Assembly (NCBI GenBank): GCA_020636545.1
Contig: JACJXS010000015.1
Location: 43,596-107,595 of the forward strand
Origin: Chitinophagales bacterium
GTDB lineage: Bacteria; Bacteroidota; Bacteroidia; Chitinophagales; JADIYW01
DNA length: 64,000 bases
Direction of reading: 5' to 3'
Under the pieces are notes generated by a model, which worked only from the letters and a program-made list of their open reading frames with translations, was not told where the DNA came from and ran no database searches. Made by a program: the position numbers and the translations under genes. Shown one piece after another: positions 47,064 through 58,600 of the stretch (position 1 is the first letter of the stretch; each line of letters opens with the position of its first letter).

Positions 47064-48248
47064 ATGAGATTTGGACTTAGTTTGATTTTGTTTTTTTTAT
47101 TTTTCGGCTTTAGCAAAGCACAAGTACAAAATTTTAATGTTCCTAAAATCAGTTCAGATGCAAAGATTAGTTTGTTAACTGTTGGTGTCGGCGAAGAAAT
47201 ATACCAACTTTTTGGTCATACAGGCATACGTATAAAAGATGAAAAATTAGGTTGGGATTTGGTCTATAATTATGGCACATTTGATTTTTATGATCCAAAC
47301 TTTATTAAAAAATTTATAAAAGGAGAGTTAGATTATTTTCTTTCAGTAGATGATTTTACCGCTTTTATGAATGAATATGTTGAAGAAAATCGCTCAGTTC
47401 ATGAACAAGTATTAGATTTAGATTCAACTCAGGTTCAAAAAATATTTGAGTTTTTAACCACGAATGCTCGAGAGGAATTTAAGTATTATCGCTATGATTT
47501 TTTGTATGATAATTGTGCAACACGACCACGAGATGTTATCGTGAAAGTACTCTTCAAAGACCAATTGAAATTCAAACCAGATGTAGATGATGAGGCTACC
47601 TATCGTGAATTAATTGATCGACATAATTCCAATGAATGGTTGGATTTTGGAATGGATATAGCAATAGGTTTGCCAACGGATAAAAAAGCAGGTTATGGAA
47701 GGACTTTTTTACCTTTTGAATTGCAACAATTAATCGAAGGGGCAACATTAAATGGAAAATCAATTGTCTTGAGTTCCTCACAAATTTTAGATACAATCCC
47801 GGAGCATCATAGTAAAAAGTGGTTTACGCCAGGTTTGTTGTTTTGGTTGATATTCTTGTTCTTTTTTATTTTACAAATCAAAAATAAATTTAATGCTGTT
47901 TTGTATAAAGTAGTAGCCGTAACTTTTTTTACAACATTAGGATTATTAGGTTGGTTATTCATTTATTTTTGGTTTGGTACAAATCACACGACAACCTATT
48001 GGAATTTGAATATATTATGGGCAATGCCACTTAATTTACCAATTGCATTATTTATATTATCCAATAAATATAGAAAATGGGTGCATCAATATTTCTTTGT
48101 TTATAGAATGATATTGGTTATTTTGTTGTGTGGTTGGGGTTTAAATCCTCAGCAATACCATGCCGCTGTAGTTCCAATCATATTGTTAGCCATATTATTA
48201 AACTCAAAGTATTTAACTATACCAACTTCCAAAGAAATTGATAGATAA
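47064..48248 (+). CDS. DUF4105 (Lnb N-terminal domain)-containing membrane protein, candidate Bacteroidota lipoprotein N-acyltransferase-like
   Basis: The ATG at 47064 gives the signal peptide MRFGLSLILFFLFFGFSKAQ. ..LLTVGVGEEIYQLFGHTGIRI..NYGTFDF.. is followed by a multi-TM C-terminal half. The ORF-track start at 46941 overlaps the neighbouring gene. Confidence 0.6.
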   Translation: MRFGLSLILFFLFFGFSKAQVQNFNVPKISSDAKISLLTVGVGEEIYQLFGHTGIRIKDEKLGWDLVYNYGTFDFYDPNFIKKFIKGELDYFLSVDDFTAFMNEYVEENRSVHEQVLDLDSTQVQKIFEFLTTNAREEFKYYRYDFLYDNCATRPRDVIVKVLFKDQLKFKPDVDDEATYRELIDRHNSNEWLDFGMDIAIGLPTDKKAGYGRTFLPFELQQLIEGATLNGKSIVLSSSQILDTIPEHHSKKWFTPGLLFWLIFLFFFILQIKNKFNAVLYKVVAVTFFTTLGLLGWLFIYFWFGTNHTTTYWNLNILWAMPLNLPIALFILSNKYRKWVHQYFFVYRMILVILLCGWGLNPQQYHAAVVPIILLAILLNSKYLTIPTSKEIDR

Positions 48249-48274
48249 GTCATAGTTTTTAAGTTGCAGAAATA

Positions 48275-49462
48275 TTAGACAGCACGTTTGTTTTTCTTCA
48301 ATGTTTTCATAGCATTTGAAATACCATCTAACGTTAATGCATACATTCTATCTTTAAATATTTGTTTGATAATTTGAACAGAAGGAATATCGTCCCAAAA
48401 ATATTCATTAGAAGGATTTAACCAAACAATATTCTTATATTTTTCTACAAACCTATTCAGCCAAGTTGCACCACTTTCATCATTAAAATGCTCTACACTT
48501 CCACCATTTGCAGTAATTTCATAAGGAGACATTGTTGCATCACCAACAAAAATAATGCGATAATCTGAATTGTATTTATGTAAAATTTCAAATGTTGGTA
48601 TTCTATCTTGATGACGAAGTTCATTGTTTTTCCAGACACTTCCATAAATGCAGTTGTGGAAATAAAAAAACTCCAAATGTTTAAACTCTGTTTTTGCAGC
48701 AGAGAAAAGTTGTTCACAAATATCAATATAAGGATCCATAGAGCCACCGACATCAAAAAAAAGTAAAATTTTAACTTTATTCTTTTTTGACGCTTGCATT
48801 TCAATATCTAAATAACCAGCATTTTTGCATGTTTTTTCTATTGTAGTATGTAAATCTAATTCATCTTCAATGCCTTCTCGTGTTAAGATTCTCAATCTTC
48901 GTAATGCCATTTTTATATTACGAGTATTTAATTCTACATCTGAAGCATAGTTTTGAAAATCTCGTTTTTCCCAAACTTTAATAGCACTTTTTCCTCCGCC
49001 ACTGCCACCTATTCTTATACCTTCAGGATTATAACCACCATTACCAAAAGGAGAAGTGCCACCGGTTCCAATCCAAGTATTTCCACCTTGATGTCTTTCT
49101 TTTTGTTTTTCTAATAATTCTTTAAATCGCTCCATTAGTTTATCCAAACCACCCATTTTCTCAATCATTTTCTTTTCCTCATCAGAAAAGAGGCGGTCTA
49201 TTTCTTTTTTAATCCAATCTTCATCGATTTTGGCATCAGATAAATCTTCTAATTGAACACCATTGAAATATTGAGCAAAAAGAATATCGTAACGGTCTAA
49301 GAATTGTTCGTTTTTTACTAAAGTTGTTCTGGATAAATAATAGAAATCATCCACACTATATTCTACTACCTTTTCATTTAAAGCTTCTAATAAATGCAAA
49401 TATTCCGTAATGGTAACAGGCAAACCTTCTTCTCTGAGCAGTAAAAAAAAATCTAAAAACAT
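48275..49462 (-). CDS. VWA domain-containing (CoxE-like) protein
   Basis: MIDAS-like ..LLFFDVGGSMD.. in the C-terminal half. No partner AAA ATPase gene is adjacent. Confidence 0.6.
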   Translation of the reverse strand: MFLDFFLLLREEGLPVTITEYLHLLEALNEKVVEYSVDDFYYLSRTTLVKNEQFLDRYDILFAQYFNGVQLEDLSDAKIDEDWIKKEIDRLFSDEEKKMIEKMGGLDKLMERFKELLEKQKERHQGGNTWIGTGGTSPFGNGGYNPEGIRIGGSGGGKSAIKVWEKRDFQNYASDVELNTRNIKMALRRLRILTREGIEDELDLHTTIEKTCKNAGYLDIEMQASKKNKVKILLFFDVGGSMDPYIDICEQLFSAAKTEFKHLEFFYFHNCIYGSVWKNNELRHQDRIPTFEILHKYNSDYRIIFVGDATMSPYEITANGGSVEHFNDESGATWLNRFVEKYKNIVWLNPSNEYFWDDIPSVQIIKQIFKDRMYALTLDGISNAMKTLKKNKRAV

Positions 49463-49579
49463 AATGCTTCAAATTGAGTATAAAACAGATAGATAAAAGT
49501 ACGTCTTTATCTAAGTGTAAAATTACTAAATATTCTAAGATTGTTGAAATAGATAATTTTTTTAATTAATTTTATAAAT

Positions 49580-50119
49580 ATGAAAAATGAAATATTAGCA
49601 GATTTGAATAAAGTAGAAGTATTGTATAATCAATATTTAGAAGATACAGAAACTATGACAGATGCTCAATTTAATCAAAAACCAAATGCTGATGAATGGA
49701 GTTTAGCACAAGCGTTATATCATACTTGGACAGCAATAGATTTAACGGTACTTTTTATCAATAAACAAATGACCTCTGCTAAACAACGTAAATCAATAAC
49801 ATTAAAAAATTCCATAAGATATATACTTTTAAAGATAGCATTATTCTCCCCTTTAAAATTTAAAGTGCCACCACAATTAAAAGATAAAATGATAGCACAT
49901 ATTACACACCAAGAATTGAAGGAGAAGAGTCAAGATACATTTGCTCGTTTTAAAACTTTAATAGAAACCTTTCCTAAAGAATTGGAAACTAATGAAATAT
50001 TTTTTCATCCAGTAATTGGTTGGATAAATTTACAACAGTCAGTAGGCTTTTTGATAGAACATACTTTACATCATAAAGCACAAATCTATAGAATTAAGGA
50101 GCAAGTATTGAAATCCTAA
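49580..50119 (+). CDS. DinB-family protein
   Basis: Four-helix DinB-like pattern with conserved His positions (..ALYHTW.., ..IEHTLHHKAQI..). Confidence 0.65.
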   Translation: MKNEILADLNKVEVLYNQYLEDTETMTDAQFNQKPNADEWSLAQALYHTWTAIDLTVLFINKQMTSAKQRKSITLKNSIRYILLKIALFSPLKFKVPPQLKDKMIAHITHQELKEKSQDTFARFKTLIETFPKELETNEIFFHPVIGWINLQQSVGFLIEHTLHHKAQIYRIKEQVLKS

Positions 50120-50210
50120 AATATGTTAAAAATGAGTTTGGAATCTTAATTTTTGATGATTTCTAAAAAAAGGCATTAAATTTGTTATACACTAATTAAA
50201 TTTTTTGAAA

Positions 50211-50621
50211 ATGAAAAAGCTATACTTTATCTTAAGTTTTGTGTTTGCCGGATTTTTAGGTTTTGCACAAACAGATGCGAATGCACCAGTAGTTGATGCG
50301 AATGCACCACAAATTACGTTTAAAACCGAGTCAATTGATTATGGTACAATTAAACAAGACGCAAGTGGATTGAGAGTGTTTGAATTTACAAATACAGGTA
50401 AATCTCCATTAATTATTACAAGTGCGACAGGCTCTTGTGGTTGTACTGTGCCAACGTATCCTAAAGAACCAATTATGCCAGGACAAAAAGCAGAAATTGA
50501 AGTTAGATACGACACACACAGAATTGGAGCTTTCAGCAAAACTGTTACTGTAAACACAAATGCATCTACTCCAACTAAAACATTAAGAATTAGTGGAACA
50601 GTTGAAGCAGTTGCACCTTAA
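50211..50621 (+). CDS. DUF1573 domain-containing secreted protein
   Basis: ..FEFTNTGKSPLIITSATGSCGCTVP.. is the DUF1573 signature. The ATG at 50211 is preferred over the TTG at 50205. Confidence 0.8.
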   Translation: MKKLYFILSFVFAGFLGFAQTDANAPVVDANAPQITFKTESIDYGTIKQDASGLRVFEFTNTGKSPLIITSATGSCGCTVPTYPKEPIMPGQKAEIEVRYDTHRIGAFSKTVTVNTNASTPTKTLRISGTVEAVAP

Positions 50622-50644
50622 TTGAATTAGTTAAGTTAAATTAT

Positions 50645-50673
50645 AAAAGCAGAACTTCGGTTCTGCTTTTTTT
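50645..50673 (+). terminator. Rho-independent terminator
   Basis: gcagaac-ttcg-gttctgc followed by T7. Confidence 0.85.
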
Positions 50674-50744
50674 ATACAAAATGTTAATGTTGAAAAAGAT
50701 AATATTTTATATTCAATAGAATAATTATTTTTGCTACCCAATTT

Positions 50745-53700
50745 ATGAGAAATATTTATATTCTAATTTTAATGACACTTGTATTTTTTAATACAATTGC
50801 AAAAGAACACACAAATAATGAACCCAATGCACTAGTAAAATGTGGAACTCCAGTTCCTAGTTTAAAATGGGAAATGAACTTTCAAAAACATATTCAAAAT
50901 TATGAATGGAATAAGAAAAATAATCCAAATGCAAAAAATGCTGAAGAAAGTATTGTGATTCCTGTTATTGTACATGTTATATATGATAAAGATACAGTAA
51001 TTGAAAATATAACTAAAGCACAGATTGACTCTCAATTTGTCATTTTAAATAGAAATTATGCGGGGAATAGTGCTTATAAGAATAATATTCCAAGTGCATT
51101 TTTGCCTCGTGTAGCGAATACTAATATTTCGTTTTGTCCAGCATTAGTTGATCCAAGCGGAAATGTTTTATTGGAACCAGGAATTAATAGAATCAGTCGT
51201 ACTTCTGTTGGATTTTCATCTCCTGGTTCAAAAGGTTGGACTAGTACATATATTGATAATACTATAAAGCCAAATACAATTTGGAATCCAAGGTATTATT
51301 TGAATATTTGGGTAGTGCCAAAAATTAGAACTGAAGATGGTGATGTACTTTTAGGTTATGCTACTTTTCCTGAAAGTATGTATGCTTCTGGAGAAGATGG
51401 CGATGTCGATAATAGTAAAACAGATGGTGTAGTTTGTGCAGCGAGAGGTTTTGGTAAGAGTTCTACTAATTATACAGAATATAATGATGGAGGTACAGCA
51501 ACACACGAAATTGGTCATTGGCTTGGTTTGAGACATATTTGGGGAGATGAAAATTGTGGAAATGATTTTTGTAATGATACACCACTACATGAAGATGCTA
51601 ATTATGGTTGTCCTGAGTTTCCACATATTACTTCGTGTGGAAATAGCCCAAATGGTGAAATGTTTATGAATTATATGGATTATACAGATGATTATTGTAC
51701 AAATATGTTCACTTTAGATCAGAAAGTGCGTATGATGACATCAATGAATACCGATAGTCTTAGAAATGCTTTATTGAGTTCTCCTGTTTGTAATTCAACG
51801 ATGCAAGAACCATTAGCTAATTTTAATTATGCTTTAACTTCTACGGATATTTGTGGTACTCAAAAATATAATTTCTTTGATAAATCAATGTGGAATAAGA
51901 ATGCGACATCTTGGACTTGGACATTTCAAGATGCAACTCCTACAACATCTTCAGTAAAAAATCCAACGGATATTACTTTTAATTCTTCTGGTGAAAAACA
52001 AGTTACATTAACAATTTTTACGCCATTAGGAACTTCTACTGTTACGAAAAAAATTATTGTTGCTATGGTTGGAAATTCAACACTTCCATTACTTGAAAAC
52101 TTTGAAGGCTCAGTTTTTCCTCCTAATGGTTGGGTGCTGAAAAAGCGTTCTGTTGAACCAAATCTAAATTGGGAATTAAGAAAAGGATATAGTGCTTTTG
52201 GGCTAGGAAATCAATCAATGATATTTAATAATACAGAATATGATGGAAAGAAAAAGATAGATGATATATTATCTCCAAAGATTAATTTAACTGGAGTTAC
52301 ACAAGCAAAAATTAAATTTGATGTTGCCTATGCTCCATATTACGTAATCAATTCGGATAATTCTATTGATATACAATATGATAAGCTAGAAGTTCATTTG
52401 ACAACAAATTGTGGTACTACTTCTACATCTGTTTATAAAAAGGAAGGTACTGCTTTGGCTACTTATTTACCAGGCATAGGTGAGGAGTTTTATCCAACTG
52501 CTAGTCAGTGGAGAACAGATTCTATAGATATTCCAGCCTCATTTTTAAATAAAGCAGATGTTCAGTTAGTTTTTAGAAATTATGGAATGTATGGACATAC
52601 GATTTATATTGATAATATCAATGTTTACAATACGCAACCAGCTGCTGTGGTATTAAATCCTAACTTTACGATGTCTAAATCTGAAATATGTATTGGAGAG
52701 TCAATAACACTTAATAATACAACTCCAGAATTAATTGATTCTTTGAGATGGAATATTAGTGGAGGTAATCCGTTTACATCGAATAATTCAAATTTATCTG
52801 TACAATATGGTTCTTCAGGAAATTATAATATTCAATTGACAGTTTTTAAAAATAATAGTTCTTCTACAATAACAAAAACAATTAAAGTTAATTCAAAACC
52901 TACTGTAAGTATTAGTCCTGCAAATACAACAATTTGTGTTGGACAATCTGTAACACTTATAGCAAGTGGAGCAAGTAGTTATGCTTGGAGTACAGGACAA
53001 AGTGGAAATACTATAGTCGTAAATCCTTCAGTAAATTCTACTTATAAAGTATTAGGAATTGCAAATAATTGTACATCAGATTCAGCTATTGCAATAGTAA
53101 ACATTACAACAACAAACCCAACTGTAAGTATTACAAAATCTCCGAATGTAAGTACAATTTGTGAGGGCGATTCTGTAACCTTAACTGCATCAGGTGCAAA
53201 TAATTATACGTGGTCAACAGGTGCAAATACTGCAGTGATAAAAGTAAAACCAACTGTTAATACAAACTATATAGTAACTGGAAGTTTAACTGGCTGTTCA
53301 AGTTTATCAGGTCAGGCAAACACAAGTATCAATGTAAATCCGAAGCCAACAATTGGAGAGATTACAAGAGGAGGTTGGGATACAATTTATGTTAATCCAG
53401 CAAATGGTGTAAGTTATCAGTGGTATTTTAATAATAATACAACAGCAATCGCAACGACATCAGTTCCTTATTATTTTGCAACTCAAGAAGGAAATTATAA
53501 AGTTCAAGTATCAGATAATAAAGGATGTAAATCAGATAAATCATTAGATTTTGGATTTGTATTGTCTGCAATAAAAAATAATGCAACATCTATAAAGTTG
53601 AATATCTATCCAAATCCAAACCAAGGAACATTTAAAATAGAATTGAATGCGAATAAACACAGCATTTATCAAGTGAAATTACACACAATAACAGGCAGTG

Positions 53701-53840
53701 AAGTATGGTCGGATAAATTTGAAGTATTCAAAGGCTTGAACTCAAAATCAGTAGAAATAAAAAATCTGTCTAAAGGAATTTATTTATTGAATTTGAACAA
53801 TGAAGATGGTATAGCTACTTATCAACTATTGGTGCAATAA
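50745..53840 (+). CDS. Secreted M43 (pappalysin/cytophagalysin-like) zinc metalloprotease with PKD/Ig-like repeats and a T9SS C-terminal sorting domain
   Basis: Zinc motif HEIGHWLGLRHIWGD. Repeated ..C.GDSVTLTASGA..Y.WSTG.. modules. C-terminal ..LNIYPNPNQGTFKIEL..GIYLLNLNNEDGIATYQLLVQ. Confidence 0.85.
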   Translation: MRNIYILILMTLVFFNTIAKEHTNNEPNALVKCGTPVPSLKWEMNFQKHIQNYEWNKKNNPNAKNAEESIVIPVIVHVIYDKDTVIENITKAQIDSQFVILNRNYAGNSAYKNNIPSAFLPRVANTNISFCPALVDPSGNVLLEPGINRISRTSVGFSSPGSKGWTSTYIDNTIKPNTIWNPRYYLNIWVVPKIRTEDGDVLLGYATFPESMYASGEDGDVDNSKTDGVVCAARGFGKSSTNYTEYNDGGTATHEIGHWLGLRHIWGDENCGNDFCNDTPLHEDANYGCPEFPHITSCGNSPNGEMFMNYMDYTDDYCTNMFTLDQKVRMMTSMNTDSLRNALLSSPVCNSTMQEPLANFNYALTSTDICGTQKYNFFDKSMWNKNATSWTWTFQDATPTTSSVKNPTDITFNSSGEKQVTLTIFTPLGTSTVTKKIIVAMVGNSTLPLLENFEGSVFPPNGWVLKKRSVEPNLNWELRKGYSAFGLGNQSMIFNNTEYDGKKKIDDILSPKINLTGVTQAKIKFDVAYAPYYVINSDNSIDIQYDKLEVHLTTNCGTTSTSVYKKEGTALATYLPGIGEEFYPTASQWRTDSIDIPASFLNKADVQLVFRNYGMYGHTIYIDNINVYNTQPAAVVLNPNFTMSKSEICIGESITLNNTTPELIDSLRWNISGGNPFTSNNSNLSVQYGSSGNYNIQLTVFKNNSSSTITKTIKVNSKPTVSISPANTTICVGQSVTLIASGASSYAWSTGQSGNTIVVNPSVNSTYKVLGIANNCTSDSAIAIVNITTTNPTVSITKSPNVSTICEGDSVTLTASGANNYTWSTGANTAVIKVKPTVNTNYIVTGSLTGCSSLSGQANTSINVNPKPTIGEITRGGWDTIYVNPANGVSYQWYFNNNTTAIATTSVPYYFATQEGNYKVQVSDNKGCKSDKSLDFGFVLSAIKNNATSIKLNIYPNPNQGTFKIELNANKHSIYQVKLHTITGSEVWSDKFEVFKGLNSKSVEIKNLSKGIYLLNLNNEDGIATYQLLVQ

Positions 53841-53867
53841 TAAATCGAATTACAATCTCGCAATAAC

Positions 53868-53895
53868 AAAAAGCAACTCTTGGGTTGCTTTTTTG
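53868..53895 (+). terminator. Rho-independent terminator after the M43 protease gene
   Basis: aagcaac-tcttgg-gttgctt followed by a T run. Confidence 0.7.
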
Positions 53896-54034
53896 TTTAA
53901 TTAAAATTAATTACTTGAAACAATTCTTTAGTAATATATAGATATTGTTAAGTAAAATTTATGTATTGCTTACTTAACAGATTTTAATAAATTAGTAATG
54001 TTTAAAATCATATCCATTATATAAATTTGGATTC

Positions 54035-54430
54035 GTGAAAATTAAAATATCACTACTAATTTTACTTTTATCTGTTTTTGCTCTACACAAGCTGGACAGA
54101 CACCATATAATATTTTATCATTGTTTTGCTTCTGGTCATCATACCAATATTGACAAAAAAGGAAATTATTATGCAACTAATCAGCATAATGCATTCGTAA
54201 GGAAATTTACTCAAGGAGGACATCAAATTCCCATTGATATTACCGTTGATTTTGAAAAAATAAAAGAGGAAAGAGAGAAAAAATCTGATATTCAAGATTA
54301 TTTTATTAGTAAAGTGGTTATTCCATTATTATCTTTCTCAATAATGACTCAATATATTGAAAGTATTTCAATTCCATTGTTTGAGTCAGTTACTAAGAAA
54401 TTCTTATTACACAGCGTTTTCCGAATTTGA
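54035..54430 (+). CDS. Hypothetical His-rich small protein with an N-terminal hydrophobic segment
   Basis: ORF only (GTG start). I do not recognise the family. Confidence 0.3.
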   Translation: MKIKISLLILLLSVFALHKLDRHHIIFYHCFASGHHTNIDKKGNYYATNQHNAFVRKFTQGGHQIPIDITVDFEKIKEEREKKSDIQDYFISKVVIPLLSFSIMTQYIESISIPLFESVTKKFLLHSVFRI

Positions 54431-54450
54431 TTTTAAAATAGCTAATTTTT

Positions 54451-54470
54451 ATCAGACTACATAGTCTGAT
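54451..54470. promoter_or_regulatory. 9-2-9 palindrome ATCAGACTA-CA-TAGTCTGAT upstream of the RND operon (operator candidate, or a hairpin)
   Basis: Read directly. Lies 90 nt upstream of the adaptor-subunit ATG. Confidence 0.3.
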
Positions 54471-54559
54471 ACTTAAGTTGTTTATACCTCTATCAAATTA
54501 ATTTAACTCTAATCAATCAAAGTCGCAAGACACAATTTTCTAAAAATTATTTTATTTAT

Positions 54560-55642
54560 ATGAACAGATTATCATTATCTACTGTGCTAGTAATGCTATT
54601 ACTATTTACCAGTTGTAAAAACAAAGAAACTGCAAAAGAAGAAAAAGTACAGTTTTTAGCTACCGCTCCATTAAAAAAGGATACTACTTTAACCAAGGAT
54701 TATGTTGCACAAATACACTCTTTCCAACATATTGAGTTACGTGCATTAGAGAAAGGTTATCTACAAAATATTTATGTGGACGAAGGAAAATATGTAAAAG
54801 AAGGACAAGTAATGTTTCGAATAATGCCTAGGGTTTATGAGGCAGAATTAGCTAAAGCCAAAGCAGAAGTTAAAGCAGCTGAAATTGAGGTGCTTAATGC
54901 GAAGACTTTATCAGATAAAAATATCGTTTCTAAAAATGAATTATTAATGGCACAAGCAAAACTAGAACAAGCCAAAGCGGAAGCAAATTTAGCTAGTGTT
55001 CGTCTCTCTTTTACTGAAATTAGAGCACCTTTCAGTGGCTATATGAATCATTTGGAAGCCAGACGAGGAAGTTTGTTAGATGAAGGAGATTTATTAACTA
55101 CATTATCTGACAACAGTAAAATGTGGGTTTACTTTAATGTTCCAGAAAGTGAATACTTGAATATCAAATTAAATGCAAATAATGATACTTTAATGAAAGT
55201 GAATTTATTAATGGCAAATGGCCAAAAATTTAAGTATAATGGCGTAGTACAAACCATTGTCGCTGATTTTGATAATGAAACTGGTAATATTGCATTTCGT
55301 GCTACATTTCCTAATCCAGATGCCTTGTTGAGAAATGGGGAAACAGGCAATATACAAGTTACTTTGCCATTTAAGAATGCACTAATGATTCCTCAGAAAG
55401 CAACATTTGAAGTATTAGAAAAGAAATTTGTATATGTTATAGATAAAAACAATACCGTTAAATCAAGAGAGATAAATATAGCAGCTGAGTTACCGCATAT
55501 TTTTATAATAAAAAGTGGTTTAGAAGAAACAGATAAAATATTGTTAGAAGGATTGCGTCAGGTTCATGAAAACGATAAAATTGAATATAAGTTTGAAAAA
55601 CCAGAATCTGTGATTTCTAATTTGAATTTATATGCTGAATAA
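54560..55642 (+). CDS. Efflux RND transporter periplasmic adaptor subunit
   Basis: Lipobox LFTSC, biotinyl-lipoyl-like and coiled-coil (AELAKAKAEVKAAE..) segments. It precedes the RND permease. Confidence 0.88.
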   Translation: MNRLSLSTVLVMLLLFTSCKNKETAKEEKVQFLATAPLKKDTTLTKDYVAQIHSFQHIELRALEKGYLQNIYVDEGKYVKEGQVMFRIMPRVYEAELAKAKAEVKAAEIEVLNAKTLSDKNIVSKNELLMAQAKLEQAKAEANLASVRLSFTEIRAPFSGYMNHLEARRGSLLDEGDLLTTLSDNSKMWVYFNVPESEYLNIKLNANNDTLMKVNLLMANGQKFKYNGVVQTIVADFDNETGNIAFRATFPNPDALLRNGETGNIQVTLPFKNALMIPQKATFEVLEKKFVYVIDKNNTVKSREINIAAELPHIFIIKSGLEETDKILLEGLRQVHENDKIEYKFEKPESVISNLNLYAE

Positions 55643-55665
55643 TTAAATCCTGAAAAGTAAAAGTT

Positions 55666-58600
55666 ATGTTTAGTAAATTTATACAAAGACCGGTATTAGC
55701 TATTGTTATATCTGTTGTTATAGTTTTTGTAGGTGTTTTGGCAATTGAAAAAATGCCAATTTCTCAATTCCCTGATATTGCACCGACAACGGTTAATATA
55801 TCAATTGCTTATCCAGGTTCAAGTGCTGATGTTTTAGTAAAATCATCACTTATTACACTAGAACAAGCCATTAATGGTGTACAAGATATGCGTTATATGG
55901 CTACTGATGCGACAAGTGCAGGTGAAGCTACATTAAGAATTATTTTTGAACCTGGCACAGACCCCAACGATGCAGTAATTAGAGTGAAGACTAGGGTTGA
56001 TCAAGTAATGCCTTTATTGCCCGAGTTAGTACAACGTGAAGGCGTAGTTATTATGCCAATTCAGCCGAGTATGTTGATGTACGTTAACCTTTATTCGAAG
56101 AATAAGAGTATGGATGAAAAATTCTTATTCAATTATGCCACAGTAAAAATGATACCTGAAATTCAACGTACAAAAGGTATTGCAAGAGCTCAAATTTTGG
56201 GTAGCCGAAGATATGCAATGCGTGTTTGGTTGAATCCAGAGCGTATGCGAGCTTATAATATTTCTGTTGAAGATGTGATGGATGCTATTGGAGAACAAAG
56301 TATTATTGGACGTCCAGGAAGAATAGGACAAAGTTCAGGAATTGCTGCACAGTCTTTAGAGTATGTGCTTACATACAAAGGACGTTATAATACACCTGAG
56401 GAATATGAGGATATTATAATTCGTGCGAAATCTAATGGAGAAAGCATTCATTTAAGAGATATTGCTAAAGTAGAATTGGGCAGCGAGTTTTTTGATATTT
56501 ATTCTAATCTTGATGGACATCCATCTGCTGCTATCGTTTTAAAACAAAATTATGGTAGTAATGCAAGCGATGTAATTAAGGAAGTTAAAGAGAAACTCGA
56601 TGAGATGAAAAAAGACTTTCCTCCCGGTATGGATTATAAAATCAGTTATGATGTATCACAATTCTTAGATGCGTCAATAGAGCAGGTTCTGGAAACTTTA
56701 AGAGATGCATTTATTTTAGTAGCATTGGTTGTTTTTGTGTTTTTAGGCGATTGGCGTTCTACATTAATCCCAATTCTTGCAGTGCCAGTATCTCTAGTTG
56801 GTGCATTTTTTGTGATTCAATTTTTTGGACTTACAATTAACTTGGTTACACTCTTTGCATTGGTATTAGCAATTGGTATAGTTGTAGATAATGCAATAGT
56901 AGTGGTCGAGGCAGTGCATGCTAAGATGGAAGAAGACCCAGAAATTTCTTCCTATAAAGCAGTTAAAAAAGTACTTGCTGAAATTGGAGGAGCAATTATT
57001 GCAATCACTATGGTAATGGTTTCTGTATTTATTCCTATTTCATTTATGTCTGGTCCGGTTGGAACATTTTATCGACAATTTTCGATTACAATGGCGAGTT
57101 CTATTGTTATTTCAGCAATTACGGCACTTACACTTACGCCTGTATTGTGTGCAATGCTATTGAAAAACCAACATGGAAAGCCAAAGAAAAAAGGTTTGCT
57201 GACAAGAGCTCTTGATGCTTTCAATGGAAGATTTGAAATCCTTACTGAAAAATATGTGAATTTGTTGAAGCGAATTGTAAGTAGAAGAATGGTAACGTTT
57301 GTTGTTTTAATTCTATTCTGTGTGGGTGTTTATTTTGGAAATAAATTTGTGCCATCTGGTTTTATTCCAAATGAAGACCAAGGTACTATTTATGCTATTA
57401 TTCAGACACCTCCAGGTTCGACATTGGAACAAACCAACCAAGTATCTCAGAGACTTCAAAAAATCTGTGAAAAAGTAGAAGGTGTTGAGTCGGTATCTTC
57501 TTTAGCTGGATATGAGATTATGACCGAAGGACGTGGCTCTAACGCAGGTACTTGTTTGATTAATCTAAAATCATGGTCAGAACGTTCTCATACTGTGAAA
57601 GAGATTATGGAAGAATTAGAAGAGAAATCAAAAGGTATTGGTGCAATTATTGAATTTTTTGAACCACCTGCAATTCCAGGCTTCGGAGCATCAGGTGGTT
57701 TTTCAATGCGTTTATTAAATAAAACGACCAATACAGATTACCATGATTTTGATAAAGTAAATAAAGAATTTATGGCAAATTTAGGTAAGCGAAAAGAATT
57801 GACGGGCTTGTTTACTTTCTTTGCTGCAAATTATCCACAGTATGAATTAGAAATAGATAATAAAATGGCGATGCAAAAAGGCGTAACTATTGGGAAAGCA
57901 ATGGAAAATCTCAATATTATGATAGGTAGTACTTATGAGCAAGGTTTTATTAAGTACAACCAATTTTTCAAAGTGTATGTGCAATCGGATCCACAATTTA
58001 GAAGACTTCCATCTGATATTTTAAATCTATTTGTTAAAAATGAAGCTGGAGAAATGGTTCCTTATTCTGCTTTTATGAAACTGAAAAAAGGTCAGGGCCC
58101 AAATGAAATTACACGTTTTAATATGTACAATTCTGCTGCTATACAAGGTCTTCCTGCAAAAGGATATACAACAGCAGATGCTATCGCAGCGATAAGAGAA
58201 GTGGCCAAGACGACACTGCCAAATGGTTATGATATCGCCTTTGATGGATTATCTTATGATGAAGCTATGAGAGGTAATGAATCGCTTTATATATTCCTTA
58301 TTGTATTGTTGTTTGTATATTTTGTATTAGCTGCTCAATATGAAAGTTTCTCCATTCCTATGGCGATAATACTCTCTTTGCCAGTGGGTATTTTTGGTTC
58401 ATTTTTAGTGTTAAAATTGATGGGATTAGAAAATAATATTTATGCTCAAGTGGGTATGATTATGTTAGTAGGATTATTGGGTAAAAATGCGGTATTGATT
58501 GTAGAATTTGCAGTTCAGAAAAGAACTCAAGGTGCAACTATATTTGATGCCGCAGTTGAAGGAGCTAAAGTTCGTTTTCGTCCAATTTTGATGACTTCTT

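Noticed and set aside
46288-48804. Alternative-frame ORFs 46288-46500, 46352-46663, 46606-46839, 47596-47796 and 48493-48804
   Set aside because: They are embedded in better-supported genes (nucleoside phosphorylase, DUF4105 protein, VWA protein) and have no recognisable features.
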